Below are positions 8,748-18,734 of a DNA stretch of 64,000 bases, in pieces (within the stretch, counting starts at the first letter, position 1; each line of letters begins with the position of its first letter). The DNA comes from a bacterium (lineage in GTDB: Bacteria > Patescibacteriota > Minisyncoccia > UBA6257 > 02-FULL-45-10c), in assembly GCA_030646915.1 (NCBI GenBank), contig JAUSKT010000021.1, positions 19,707 to 83,706 of the forward strand. Reading direction: 5' to 3'. The notes beneath the pieces were generated by a model. The model made no database searches. It saw only the letters and a program-made list of their open reading frames with translations, and was not told where the DNA came from. Position numbers and translations under genes: made by a program.

Positions 8748-8973
8748 GATTCAGAAGTGAGGCTGAATCCAATCGATATCGCAGTTATTGTTATTTTGCG
8801 ATATTGGAATTATTAGCTTCACCGCCATTTGGCGGTTGTTGCTTTAATAGGATTCTTTTGCCTCGCTCACAGCGAGTTTTTTCTTTAAATATCGGGAAAT
8901 TATTCTTTTGCTGAGGTCGATCCTTTGAATAGCGAAAGCGAAACAGGGGATAAGCAAAAAGGAGTAATTTTTT
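8748..8973 (+). ncRNA. Candidate structured 5' leader RNA of the S-layer-like gene
   Basis: Five consecutive stems, including GGGAAATTATTCTTTTGCT / AGCAAAAGGAGTAATTTTTT with G-U pairs and a GC-GAAA-GC tetraloop. Confidence 0.45.
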
Positions 8974-9077
8974 AAAAAGATTAACAAAATTAATAAATAA
9001 TATAAATTTTCTTCTTAGGTTTGAACGTCGATAATTTAGATCTAAAGAGAAAAAGGTCAAATAAAAATAAATTAAAT

Positions 9078-12000
9078 ATGAGTAAAAAATTAATACAAAA
9101 AGTTTCTACAACTGTAGTATCTATTGCTACAGTCGTTTCGCTTTCAGGCGCAGGAGCTTTGCTTCCAATGACAGTTAGTGGCGCAACCACAGCTGACTTG
9201 CAAGCACAGATTACTGCTTTGTTAGCGTCAGTAGCAGCTTTGCAAGCTCAATTAGGTTCAGCAACTTCTGGAACTTCCAGCGCTGCTTCAGCTACCTTAT
9301 TGTCTTCCGGGAACCTCACTCTCGGCAGCAAAGGAGCAGCAGTTATGGATTTACAGAAATTTTTGAATGCTAGTGGCGCGCAAGTTTCTGCTAGTGGCGC
9401 TGGCTCTCCTGGAAATGAAACTTCTTTCTTTGGTCCTGCGACCAGAGCAGCTCTTGCCAAGTGGCAGGCGGCTAATGGCGTTTCCCCAGCGGTTGGATAT
9501 TTTGGCGCGATCTCTCGTGCAAAAATGGCTTCTGTTGGTGGAACAACTGGCGGAACAACTGGCGGAACAACTGGCGGAACAACTGGAACAACTCCAGCCC
9601 CAGTAGTCCCAGCAGGCACTGGTTTGACGGTTACTTTAGCCGCAGATCAGCCAGCTCCAACATTAGCTCCTCGTTCAGCCGCCCGAATTCCATTCACTAA
9701 AATTCAATTAACCGCATCTGCCGACGGCGATGTAACGGTTAGTTCCTTAGTTGTGGAAAGAAAGGGTTTAGCTGAAGACGGCGCTCTTACTGGAATTCTT
9801 TTAGTAGATGAGAATGGAATTCAATTGGGCCTCAAAAAGACCTTGAATTCTTCCCATCAGGCTACTGTCGGTGAATCAATTGTGGTAAAAGCCGGTCAAA
9901 CTAGAACTTTGACTGTTGCCGCAAATAGAGACACTGCAGGCAGCCGTGGCGGTCAAACCGTTATGTTATCTGTTGTTGGAGTGAATACTTCAGCCGCAGT
10001 TAATGCAACCTTGCCGTTAAATGGAACCACTCAGACCATCAACGAAACCTTAACAATTGGTGACGTTACTATGGCTCGGGGCGGTAATGACCCAGGCACT
10101 AGCCGGACTAAGGAAATCGGTACTACCGGTTATACTTTTTCTTCGGTTAGAGTAACTGCTGGTTCAGCGGAAAAAGTTATTTTGAAGTCTATCCGATGGA
10201 ACCAGACTGGTTCTGCCGGCTCCGGTGATTTAAAGAACATCAAGTCTCTTGTTGATGGTGTTTCTTATGACACTGTGGTCAGCACTGACGGTAAATACTA
10301 CACTTCAACTTTTGGAGTCGGTATTTTAATGGACAAAGGTTCAATTAAAGATGTTTCTATTAAGGGTGATATTGAGGGGGGTTCTTTAAGAACTGTTGAC
10401 TTTGATATCGCGAAGATGACTGATCTCTTTGTAACCGGAGAAAACTTCGGCTACGGCATTGTTCCTCCACAAACTGGAACATCAGCTGCGACAGCTGACT
10501 CAGCCAATTTTAATAACACGGAAGATCCGTGGTATGATGCGGCTCAAGTTACTGTCAGTTCCGGGACTATGTCGGTAAGCAACTGGGCGGGCGTTCCGTC
10601 TCAGAATCTCGCCATTAATCTCGGCGGCCAGCCATTGGCTGGTTGGACGGTTGATGCAAAAGGCGAGCCAATCAGTGTTAGTAGTTTAAAGGTTACTTTA
10701 TACGGAGTTGGCACTACTAATGGAGTAGATGACTTAACTACCATATATTTGCAAAATGAAGCAGGAAAAATCTTAGCTGGTCCGATTGACGTTGCCAGCA
10801 CTGCCACAAATAATGCAATTATTACCTTTACTGACACTATTACTTTCCCAGTTGGAATAACTAACCTTACTTTAAAAGGTAAGCTGGGAACTGGTTTTAG
10901 CAATAATGACACCATTGCTGCTTCTACCACTCCAGGCGGTTGGACGACTACTGGTCAGACAACTGGATACTCAATTACTGCGACTCCGAGTACTGCTTTA
11001 GAGGGTCAGACAATGACTGCTAAGGGCTTAGCGCTGACTATCAGCGTTCAATCCACTCCAGCAGCTCAATCGATTGTCGGCGGAGCTCAAGGATTTGAGT
11101 TTACCCGATACACCTTTGATGCTTCTCAATCAGGCGAAGATGCCAAAATGAGCAGCGTTAATCTTGCAATTGACTACTCTGGCACAACTTCGGATAAACT
11201 ATCCGGTTGCCAGTTATGGGATGGCGTAACCGCTCTTAATACCGGCGGAAGCAATGTAGTAGACCCTACCGCAACTGCTTCTTCAACGGCATTTACTTTT
11301 GACACGCCATTAGTAGTTCCAAAAGGGACATCTAAGACGCTTTCTCTTAAATGCAATACGGAAACAGTTTCCGCTACTACGAATTATCGTTGGGGCATTG
11401 ATACCGATGCTTCATACACAGTAACAGGCTTAACTTCTGGACAATCAATTACTGACACGACTGTTGTGCCAGCCGCTAATAATAGCATTGGCCAATTAAT
11501 GTCTTTGACTACCGGCGGTTCTTACACCGTTACTGATGAAGATACCCCGGCTTACAGAATTGTAACGCCTGGCGCAGAAGAAACTTTGGGAAGATTGGCA
11601 TTCCAAGCCTCAACCGAGGCGATTGATGTCAGGGCAGTAGCGCTTAAATTAACCGGCGGTGCTTCTAATACCCCTAAAGATCTTCTTAACTTAAAGGTTA
11701 AGTTCTATGATGCGGCTAATCCTTCGGTTTCGATTGGTGAAGCTAATTTCGTAAATGAAGGGGATACTGCTACCGGCACGCTTGCCGTAGGAAGCTTTAA
11801 GGTGGAAAAAGGATACGGCGCGAGAAAGATACTTCTTATAAAAGGCACTATTGCTGACATCAGCGATGTTGCTTATGGGAATTATCAACTTACTGCGTCC
11901 GGCGACCTTCTTAAGGTTGATTACGATGGCGCTGCGGTTGGTTTGGCAAACGGCAACTACGGTGTTGGTTCGGCTGGCAATGTTTCCGGTCCGACCACTA

Positions 12001-12680
12001 ATACTACGTTAGCCGGCGTAAGGATAATGAAAGCAAAACCTGTTTTTGCTAAATTATCTTTGCCGAAAAATACCATCGCTGGCAACGCGGACCAGAGTGT
12101 GTACCGATTCTCTGTAGCAGCCACTAATGGAAATGTGGATCTTTATAAGGTCACATTCACTGTTGGCTCTTCAACGGTTTCGGCAACCACATCAGATTAT
12201 AAACTGTATGCCTTTACTGGTGCTGGCTTTAGCGGAGCGCTTCCGGGCTGGGCTGATTCTACTGGCTTATTGAATGCTGGCGGTTGCACGGATGGTTTAT
12301 CCGACACTTCTCCACAACGTTTAACTCTGAATGTTTATATGGATCAAACTGGCTGTGCTCAGGGTACTACTACCTTGAAGATTCCGATGGGGTCAACGTA
12401 TTACTTTGACTTGCATGCAACATTTGGCTCTGTTAGGACCACTACTGGATCTGAAAATATCAGCTTCCAATTAGAAGGCGATAGCGCTTTCCCAGTGAAT
12501 TCTTCTAACTTGATGCAACAAGCAAGTGGAGTTGATGGTGATGTTAGTGATGACCTTATCTGGTCACCGCGTTCAACAACCAGTCCTTCAGTTAGTAATC
12601 TTGACTTTACGAACGGAAATGGCGTTGATGGCTTGCCAGCTTCTAACATGAATCAGGAGACCCTAACGTTCACTCTGTAA
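9078..12680 (+). CDS. Large secreted S-layer-like surface protein with peptidoglycan-binding (PG_binding_1-like) domain
   Basis: Signal peptide, short coiled coil, LTLGSKG...LQKFLN...FGPATRAAL-KWQ motif, GGTT linker, then ~1000 aa of T/S/G-rich beta-sandwich-like sequence. ATG 9078 preferred. Confidence 0.8.
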   Translation: MSKKLIQKVSTTVVSIATVVSLSGAGALLPMTVSGATTADLQAQITALLASVAALQAQLGSATSGTSSAASATLLSSGNLTLGSKGAAVMDLQKFLNASGAQVSASGAGSPGNETSFFGPATRAALAKWQAANGVSPAVGYFGAISRAKMASVGGTTGGTTGGTTGGTTGTTPAPVVPAGTGLTVTLAADQPAPTLAPRSAARIPFTKIQLTASADGDVTVSSLVVERKGLAEDGALTGILLVDENGIQLGLKKTLNSSHQATVGESIVVKAGQTRTLTVAANRDTAGSRGGQTVMLSVVGVNTSAAVNATLPLNGTTQTINETLTIGDVTMARGGNDPGTSRTKEIGTTGYTFSSVRVTAGSAEKVILKSIRWNQTGSAGSGDLKNIKSLVDGVSYDTVVSTDGKYYTSTFGVGILMDKGSIKDVSIKGDIEGGSLRTVDFDIAKMTDLFVTGENFGYGIVPPQTGTSAATADSANFNNTEDPWYDAAQVTVSSGTMSVSNWAGVPSQNLAINLGGQPLAGWTVDAKGEPISVSSLKVTLYGVGTTNGVDDLTTIYLQNEAGKILAGPIDVASTATNNAIITFTDTITFPVGITNLTLKGKLGTGFSNNDTIAASTTPGGWTTTGQTTGYSITATPSTALEGQTMTAKGLALTISVQSTPAAQSIVGGAQGFEFTRYTFDASQSGEDAKMSSVNLAIDYSGTTSDKLSGCQLWDGVTALNTGGSNVVDPTATASSTAFTFDTPLVVPKGTSKTLSLKCNTETVSATTNYRWGIDTDASYTVTGLTSGQSITDTTVVPAANNSIGQLMSLTTGGSYTVTDEDTPAYRIVTPGAEETLGRLAFQASTEAIDVRAVALKLTGGASNTPKDLLNLKVKFYDAANPSVSIGEANFVNEGDTATGTLAVGSFKVEKGYGARKILLIKGTIADISDVAYGNYQLTASGDLLKVDYDGAAVGLANGNYGVGSAGNVSGPTTNTTLAGVRIMKAKPVFAKLSLPKNTIAGNADQSVYRFSVAATNGNVDLYKVTFTVGSSTVSATTSDYKLYAFTGAGFSGALPGWADSTGLLNAGGCTDGLSDTSPQRLTLNVYMDQTGCAQGTTTLKIPMGSTYYFDLHATFGSVRTTTGSENISFQLEGDSAFPVNSSNLMQQASGVDGDVSDDLIWSPRSTTSPSVSNLDFTNGNGVDGLPASNMNQETLTFTL
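9537..9593 (+). repeat. 12-bp coding tandem repeat (GGTT linker)
   Basis: GGYGGAACAACT x4 plus a partial unit. Confidence 0.9.
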
Positions 12681-12703
12681 TCTAATATCTTGAGACTATT
12701 AGT

Positions 12704-12737
12704 ACAAAAACTCCCCTTTTGGGGAGTTTTTGTTTTT
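12704..12737 (+). terminator. Intrinsic terminator
   Basis: ACAAAAACTCCCC-tttt-GGGGAGTTTTTGT followed by T's. Confidence 0.9.
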
Positions 12738-12762
12738 GCTAATATGATGTATGATATAAATT

Positions 12763-13485
12763 ATGAAAAAATTATTTATTCTACTATTATTAATTATTAT
12801 CACTGGAGCCGCCTGGTTTATTTTTAAAGATTTTCAATTAACAAATCAACCCAAGACAAATGCGCCTAGTGAACTTATTAACCCAGTATCATCAGAGGTT
12901 CAAAACCAAACATCTGCGATTCCCGATCTTAATCGTTCTATTGCTGTTTCAGCAGACCTTTCCGCAGATTCTAAAAAGAAATCTATTGAGGTTATCAAGA
13001 ATGTTTCCGAACAATTAAAAAAGAACCCCGATGTTCTTGATGGCTGGCTGATTCTTGGTTTGTACAGGCGGGAAATAGGAGACGCGGAAGGCGCGGCCGA
13101 GGCGTGGAAATATCTGACAACGATCCGCCCTAAGGATGCCAGAGCTTTTAGCAATCTTGCCGGTCTTTATTCTCACGAACTTAAAGATTATCCAAAAGCA
13201 GAGGAGTGGTATAACCAAGGCATCAAAGCCGACTCCAATGCAGTTTATCTTTATTTTTCTTTAGCCGAATTTTATCAATATTTTACAAAAGAAATAGAAA
13301 AAGTTGACGACGTATTTTTATTGGGCTTAAAAAATAATCCGGGCGATCTTAGCCTGATTTCCCAATTAGCTTACTTTTATAAAAGTATCGGAGAAAAAGA
13401 AAAAGCTCTAGATTATTTTAAAAAATTGGTTGCCTTAGATCCTTCTAATGATAAGGCAAAACAAGAGCTTGAGAATTTGAGATAG
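12763..13485 (+). CDS. Membrane-anchored TPR protein
   Basis: N-terminal TM helix; several TPR-like repeats (LG-Y...G-A--A; A--Y--L--LDP). Confidence 0.8.
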   Translation: MKKLFILLLLIIITGAAWFIFKDFQLTNQPKTNAPSELINPVSSEVQNQTSAIPDLNRSIAVSADLSADSKKKSIEVIKNVSEQLKKNPDVLDGWLILGLYRREIGDAEGAAEAWKYLTTIRPKDARAFSNLAGLYSHELKDYPKAEEWYNQGIKADSNAVYLYFSLAEFYQYFTKEIEKVDDVFLLGLKNNPGDLSLISQLAYFYKSIGEKEKALDYFKKLVALDPSNDKAKQELENLR

Positions 13486-13564
13486 GTTCTAGATATTCTT
13501 TATAATCGTCCAAATCCCGATAAACCCGTCTTTAAAAGAATCTTTTTTGATCAAAAGATAAAAT

Positions 13565-15271
13565 ATGAATAAAATAGGAAAATATTTTTTAGGGATTCAG
13601 CCATTTAAAATTTTAATTTTTATTATTTTGATTCTTGCCTTTTTGTTAAGATTTTGGAATGTTTGGAATCAAGATTTGTTCGGAGATGAAGCGCCGGACG
13701 CTTTTCGGGCAATTGGATATATAGATTATTTAGGCACTAGTTTTCAGACTCAGCCGATTGATTGGTACAAAAATACCGCTTTGCCCTGGTGGACCAGCCT
13801 TTCCTTCCACGATTTTCCGCCGCTGGCGATGATAATTCAGCACGCTTTTTTTGCGGTTTTTGGAGATTCGCTTTTAGTTGCCCGGTTGCCGGCGATAATT
13901 TTAGGAGTAATTTCGGTTTTTTTACTCTATTTAATCGCTAAAAAGTTTTTCGAAAATGAGATTTTGGCTTTATTTTCGGCCTTATTTTTCGCCATTAATA
14001 GCGAGATGGTATGGATTTTTCGTACTAGCATGCTAGAACCTATATTGCTATTTTTTATTTTGCTTAATATTTATTTTTTTTATCAGTTTATTTATGAAAA
14101 TAAATCCGGGCATTACTGGTGGCTTTTTGGAATAAGCTTGGGGCTGGTAACCTTGACTAAATACACAGGGGTTTTTTTGCTCCCGGTTTATATTCTTTAT
14201 ATTTTGATAACTAAAAGAGAAATTTTTAAAAATTGGAGATTGTATGCCGCTTTCCTTTTGGCCATCCTTTTATTTTTGCCGGTAATTATTTATAATATTT
14301 ATCTTTATAAAGCTACCGGGCATTTTGATTTGCAGATTTCCTATTTTCTTGGACAGGAGACGCCGGAATGGACGGGTTTAGTGGGGAAGATTCAATCGCC
14401 TTTTTCTGACATTCTTAAAAATTTGATGTTTCAGCAAAAAGATTCTGCCCCAAATTCCGTATGGCCGGTAGGTTATTATGGTTTGCCAGCTATTTTAGCT
14501 GTTTTGGGCGGAATAGTTTATTCCCTCCAAGATTTTCTTAAAAAGAAATTTAAAGGATTTGTATTTTTCAGCTTATATTTTATTTTTGTGACTTTGCTTT
14601 TGTTTAAAATCGGATCAGCGCATCGGTTTTTGGCCCTATATGGCCCCGCTTTTGCTATTTTTGCCGGTTATCTAGTGAATTCCCTATGGAATTTAAAAAT
14701 AAAAAAAGGAGTTGGTTTAGCATTTAAGGCGCTAATATTCATATTTTTTATTTGGGAATTATCTCATTCAATAAATACCAATTTTATTCAATATCCGAAT
14801 TATGGCATGGCTAATCTGGATAATTTTTTTAGAAATGAATTTCGAGGTAGAGAATCCGCGGTAGTTCCAGAATCGGATAATCCGCATTTAAATGACGTGA
14901 TTGGGGAATTTGTTGACAAAAAATCAGCTAATGCGCCGCGCGCCCTATGGCTGGTCATTTATAATGATAATGTCGCCCTGCCTACTTTGGAGTGGATTTA
15001 TTATAAAATGTTTTTTTATCACAGTATCCCGGCCATGTATGTTGAGAATTTTAATAAAGCAGTGAGTATTCAGGGTTCAGATTATTTTAAGGGCTTTGAT
15101 ATTTATTTTGTCCAAAGCACGGAAAATACTCCTTTGAATCAATTTAAAAAAGAGAAAACTGCCGGCTTGGAGTTTGAGAATCGCCTGCAAAAAATGGGAT
15201 TGCAGCCGATGAAAATTATTCACGGTCAAAATAATCTGCCGATGTTCAGAATCTATAAATTTTCTTTATAG
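13565..15271 (+). CDS. GT-C fold glycosyltransferase (PMT_2/ArnT-like)
   Basis: DE motif after TM1, PPL, ARLP and L-TKY motifs; many TM helices. Confidence 0.8.
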   Translation: MNKIGKYFLGIQPFKILIFIILILAFLLRFWNVWNQDLFGDEAPDAFRAIGYIDYLGTSFQTQPIDWYKNTALPWWTSLSFHDFPPLAMIIQHAFFAVFGDSLLVARLPAIILGVISVFLLYLIAKKFFENEILALFSALFFAINSEMVWIFRTSMLEPILLFFILLNIYFFYQFIYENKSGHYWWLFGISLGLVTLTKYTGVFLLPVYILYILITKREIFKNWRLYAAFLLAILLFLPVIIYNIYLYKATGHFDLQISYFLGQETPEWTGLVGKIQSPFSDILKNLMFQQKDSAPNSVWPVGYYGLPAILAVLGGIVYSLQDFLKKKFKGFVFFSLYFIFVTLLLFKIGSAHRFLALYGPAFAIFAGYLVNSLWNLKIKKGVGLAFKALIFIFFIWELSHSINTNFIQYPNYGMANLDNFFRNEFRGRESAVVPESDNPHLNDVIGEFVDKKSANAPRALWLVIYNDNVALPTLEWIYYKMFFYHSIPAMYVENFNKAVSIQGSDYFKGFDIYFVQSTENTPLNQFKKEKTAGLEFENRLQKMGLQPMKIIHGQNNLPMFRIYKFSL

Positions 15272-16395
15272 ACCGATTCAGTTTTAGATACCATTTTCTC
15301 TAAGCTGAATTTTTCCAATACTGCTTTTTGAGCCATTTTTCCCAATTCGTTGCCAATAGTTTTGTTAGTTATTAATCCATTGATGGCCCCTGCGAGTATC
15401 GCCGAATCTTTTTGCGCTACCATTAATCCATTCTCATGATTTTTAATCATTTCCGGTATACCGCCAGCTTCCGTAACCACAATTGGCAATTCCGCCGCCA
15501 TCGCTTCCAGTAATATATAGGGCAGTCCCTCTTTGATTGAAGACATAACGAAAATATCAAAAGCTTTTAGGTATTCGGCGTCATTTCCAGTCGGATTAAT
15601 AAAGAAAAATCTACTATTGACATTTGACATTTGACATTTGACGTTCAACTTTTTTAATTCTGGTCCTTCGCCGATTATAAAAAAATAAGCATTAGGAATT
15701 AGGGCGGCGGATTGAATGAGGGTTTCGTAATTTTTTTCTTTAACTAATCGGCCAATGGAGCCAATCCACGGATAATTGGAATTAGGAATTAGGAATTTGG
15801 AATTTGGAATTTTATTTGCTATTTCTTTCCGTGCTTCTTCTTTGGATAAAAATTTCATATTTGGATCAATGCCATTATGGATTGTAGTTAATTTATTTTT
15901 CGGCGCAATTTTGTATTTTAAGGCCAAATTATAGTCATATTCTGAAACGCAGATGATTTTATCTTGGAATAATGCGGAAAATTTATGAAGCAGAATATAA
16001 AACCAGCGGATTGGGAAAGATAATTCATTAGTTGGATTAAAAACCCAGCCATGGGCGGTGAAGACCACCTTCGGCGGCGAACATTTGACATTTAACATGT
16101 GACATTTGACTTTATAGATTTTGGCGGCCAAAGAGCCAAGAACTCCGGCCTTAGAACTATTCAGATGAATGATGTCCGGACGTTCTTTTTTGTATAATTT
16201 AATTAATTCTATTATTGCCAGCCAGTCATTTATAAAAAACGGCCAGATTTTATTGGAAAGCCAGCGGAGGTCTTTTTGGCCAAAAATAATTTTAGAATCA
16301 AATTGATTCTTATCTAAATTAGCAGACAAATCATGGACATATTTTTGAGCTCCGCCAATATCAGCCTTTGTAATTATATAGAGAACTTTTATCAT
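15253..16395 (-). CDS. GT4 glycosyltransferase
   Basis: GGAQ, HNGID, GRL--EK and EGLPYILLEAMA motifs. Confidence 0.9.
   Translation of the reverse strand: MIKVLYIITKADIGGAQKYVHDLSANLDKNQFDSKIIFGQKDLRWLSNKIWPFFINDWLAIIELIKLYKKERPDIIHLNSSKAGVLGSLAAKIYKVKCHMLNVKCSPPKVVFTAHGWVFNPTNELSFPIRWFYILLHKFSALFQDKIICVSEYDYNLALKYKIAPKNKLTTIHNGIDPNMKFLSKEEARKEIANKIPNSKFLIPNSNYPWIGSIGRLVKEKNYETLIQSAALIPNAYFFIIGEGPELKKLNVKCQMSNVNSRFFFINPTGNDAEYLKAFDIFVMSSIKEGLPYILLEAMAAELPIVVTEAGGIPEMIKNHENGLMVAQKDSAILAGAINGLITNKTIGNELGKMAQKAVLEKFSLEKMVSKTESVYKENL
15617..15651 (-). repeat. Intragenic 7-nt tandem array
   Basis: On the + strand: ttgacat x3, ttgacgt, tcaactt; encodes KLNVKCQMSNV. Confidence 0.85.
15776..15810 (-). 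repeat. Intragenic 7-nt tandem array (second unit type)
   Basis: On the + strand: ttggaat taggaat taggaat ttggaat ttggaat; encodes IPNSKFLIPNS. Confidence 0.85.
16078..16112 (-). repeat. Intragenic 7-nt tandem array
   Basis: On the + strand: cgaacat ttgacat ttaacat gtgacat ttgactt; encodes KVKCHMLNVKC. Confidence 0.8.
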
Positions 16396-16427
16396 TTTAT
16401 TAGTTATATAATATAATTATAACTCGT

Positions 16428-17612
16428 ATGTTTAATAAAAATCCTCAAATAGCCGTTTTCTCGTTTGCTTATCATCCTTTTGAGGGGGGCGCTGAAATAG
16501 CCATAAGAGAGGTAATAAAGCGGCTTTTGGGTCTTAATTTTACTATTTTTACCTATAAATTTAATCGAAGCTGGTCCCCAAAAGAACGAAATGGCAATGT
16601 CGAAATTTTTCGGCTAGGGAGGGGAAGCAGATCTGGCAAATTATATGGCCGAATTTGGAGCAAGATTTTTTATATTTTTAAAGCTTTAGCTGAAGCAGAA
16701 AATTTGCATCAGCGGGAACGTTTTGACGCAATTTGGGCAGTCATGGCTTCTTATGGCGGTGTTGCAGCTTTATTTTTTAAATTAAAGCATCCAAAAGTGC
16801 CATTATTTTTAACTATTCAAGAAGGCGATTCGGAGCGGCATATGGTTTTGGGAAAATTTGGATTGGTGGGATTTTTAGGAAAAAGAATTATTAAAAATGC
16901 TGATTATATACAAGTAATCAGCAATTATTTAAAAGAGTTTGTAAAAAAAAGAGGCGCTGAATCGCCCATAGAGGTTATTCCTAATGGAGTAGATTTGGAA
17001 TTATTCAGCACCAAATATAGCAATGCGGAATTAAAGGCAATCCGTGAAAATTTAGGATTGAAAGATGAGTATGTCGTCATTACTACTTCCCGGCTGGTTT
17101 ATAAAAATGCAGTGGATGTTTTGATTGAAGCTATTGCGATTTGTAAAAGTAAAATGTTGAATATTAAATGTTTGGTTATCGGAGGCGGGCCGGAAAAAGA
17201 TAAGCTGAAATCCCAATGTAAAAAGTTAAAAGTTGATAACGATGTTATTTTTTTGGGGCAGATTCCCCAGCGGGACTTGCCCTTGTATTTGAAAGTTTCA
17301 GATCTCTTTGCAAGGCCTTCGCGTTCTGAGGGATTGGGGAGTTCTTTTTTAGAGGCGATGGCTGCCGGAATTCCGGTAATTGGTACTCCAGTAGGCGGAA
17401 TAGTGGATTTTTTAAAGGATGGCGAAACTGGTTTTTATGTGAAAGTTAATGATCCAAAAGATTTGGCAGATAAAATTTCTAAGGCTTTACGGGATCCGGA
17501 ACTTCGAAAGAAGGTTATCCATAACAGCCAGGTTTTAATCAGAGAAAATTATTCTTGGGATAAAATTGCGATTTTATTTAAAAATATTTTTGATCGCTTA
17601 ATCAATTTTTAA
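16428..17612 (+). CDS. GT4 glycosyltransferase
   Basis: GGAE, IPNGVD, SRL--K and EGLGSSFLEAMA motifs. Confidence 0.9.
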   Translation: MFNKNPQIAVFSFAYHPFEGGAEIAIREVIKRLLGLNFTIFTYKFNRSWSPKERNGNVEIFRLGRGSRSGKLYGRIWSKIFYIFKALAEAENLHQRERFDAIWAVMASYGGVAALFFKLKHPKVPLFLTIQEGDSERHMVLGKFGLVGFLGKRIIKNADYIQVISNYLKEFVKKRGAESPIEVIPNGVDLELFSTKYSNAELKAIRENLGLKDEYVVITTSRLVYKNAVDVLIEAIAICKSKMLNIKCLVIGGGPEKDKLKSQCKKLKVDNDVIFLGQIPQRDLPLYLKVSDLFARPSRSEGLGSSFLEAMAAGIPVIGTPVGGIVDFLKDGETGFYVKVNDPKDLADKISKALRDPELRKKVIHNSQVLIRENYSWDKIAILFKNIFDRLINF

Positions 17613-17618
17613 TAATTT

Positions 17619-18734
17619 ATGTCAAAAAGAATTTTAATTGCAACTGGAATTTTCCCGCCGGATATAGGCGGTCCCGCGCTTTACAGCCAGAAATTGGCAG
17701 AAGAATTTTTAAAATTCGGAAAAAAAGTTACGGTACTTACTTACGGCAAAGGGTTTTTAAAAAGCAGCGATTATAAAATATTTGGCGTTTCCCGGTTGTG
17801 GCCTTCTGGAATTCGGCAGTTAATTTATCTTTTTAAATTATTGATTCAAGTTAAGGAATCAGACGCTTTATTAGCTATGGATTCTTTGGGTGCTGGTTTG
17901 CCAGCAGTTATAGCAGGAATTTTATTTAATAAAAAAGTGATTATTCGGATGGGGGGGGATTTTTTATGGGAAAAATTCGTTGAGTTTGGGCAAGGCAATG
18001 TTACTTTGACTGAATTTTATAAAAAAAATCTTCATAAAAGATTTCCTTTTTTGAATCGCTTGATAACTTTTACTTTAAAAGGGGCGAGTGCGGTTGTTTT
18101 TACCACCGATTTTCAAAAAGAAATATTTTTAGCCCATTACGGATTAAATCCCGACAAAACTTTTGTAGCGAGCAATGTTTTTAAAAAAGAAGCGGGCAAG
18201 ATCCAGCCCGAAAATATTGCAAAAACCATTTTGTGGGCAGGGCGTTTTTTAAAACTGAAGAATTTAGATTTTTTGTTGAAAATTTTTAAGCGCCTGCTGC
18301 CTTATAATCAAAACCTATCTTTAGAATTAGTTGGCGACGGTCCGGAAAAAAAGCGGATTGAAAAAATGGTTAAATCGGAAAAATTAGATGGGAAAGTTAA
18401 GATAAGCCCCGTAGCAGACAAATCGGCTGTAGCTGCTAAAATTATAAGCTCTTATTTTTGCATTTTGCCTTCTTTATCTGAAGTTAGCCCTAATTTTGCC
18501 CTGGAGTGTTTAGGCGCAGACAAGCCCGTCATTATTACCCAAGAAACCGGAATAAAAGAACAATTTCCCGGACTTATGTATGCCGATCCGAAGAAAGAAG
18601 ACAGTTTTTTTTCGGCCGCCCTTAGGCTGCTAGATAAAAATACATATTACAACTATCAAAAATTTATTTCTGAGATTTCTTATCAAAAGACCTGGCAGGA
18701 TTTAGCCAGTGAATATTTAAATTTATTAAAATGA
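17619..18734 (+). CDS. GT4 glycosyltransferase
   Basis: FPPDIGGPA, GRFLKLK and EVSPNFALE motifs. Confidence 0.85.
   Translation: MSKRILIATGIFPPDIGGPALYSQKLAEEFLKFGKKVTVLTYGKGFLKSSDYKIFGVSRLWPSGIRQLIYLFKLLIQVKESDALLAMDSLGAGLPAVIAGILFNKKVIIRMGGDFLWEKFVEFGQGNVTLTEFYKKNLHKRFPFLNRLITFTLKGASAVVFTTDFQKEIFLAHYGLNPDKTFVASNVFKKEAGKIQPENIAKTILWAGRFLKLKNLDFLLKIFKRLLPYNQNLSLELVGDGPEKKRIEKMVKSEKLDGKVKISPVADKSAVAAKIISSYFCILPSLSEVSPNFALECLGADKPVIITQETGIKEQFPGLMYADPKKEDSFFSAALRLLDKNTYYNYQKFISEISYQKTWQDLASEYLNLLK

Noticed and set aside
8791-9190. Short minus-strand ORFs in the leader region
   Set aside because: They overlap the structured leader and the start of the surface gene; composition looks non-coding.
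9367-9606. Alternate-frame ORF with AEQL repeats, and antisense VVPP ORF 9248-9619
   Set aside because: Other-frame readings of the 12-bp GGTT linker repeat in the surface protein.
7819-12680. Diversity-generating retroelement targeting the surface protein
   Set aside because: No reverse transcriptase and no TR/VR pair differing at adenines was seen; the helical N-domain of 7819 is not enough to call Avd.
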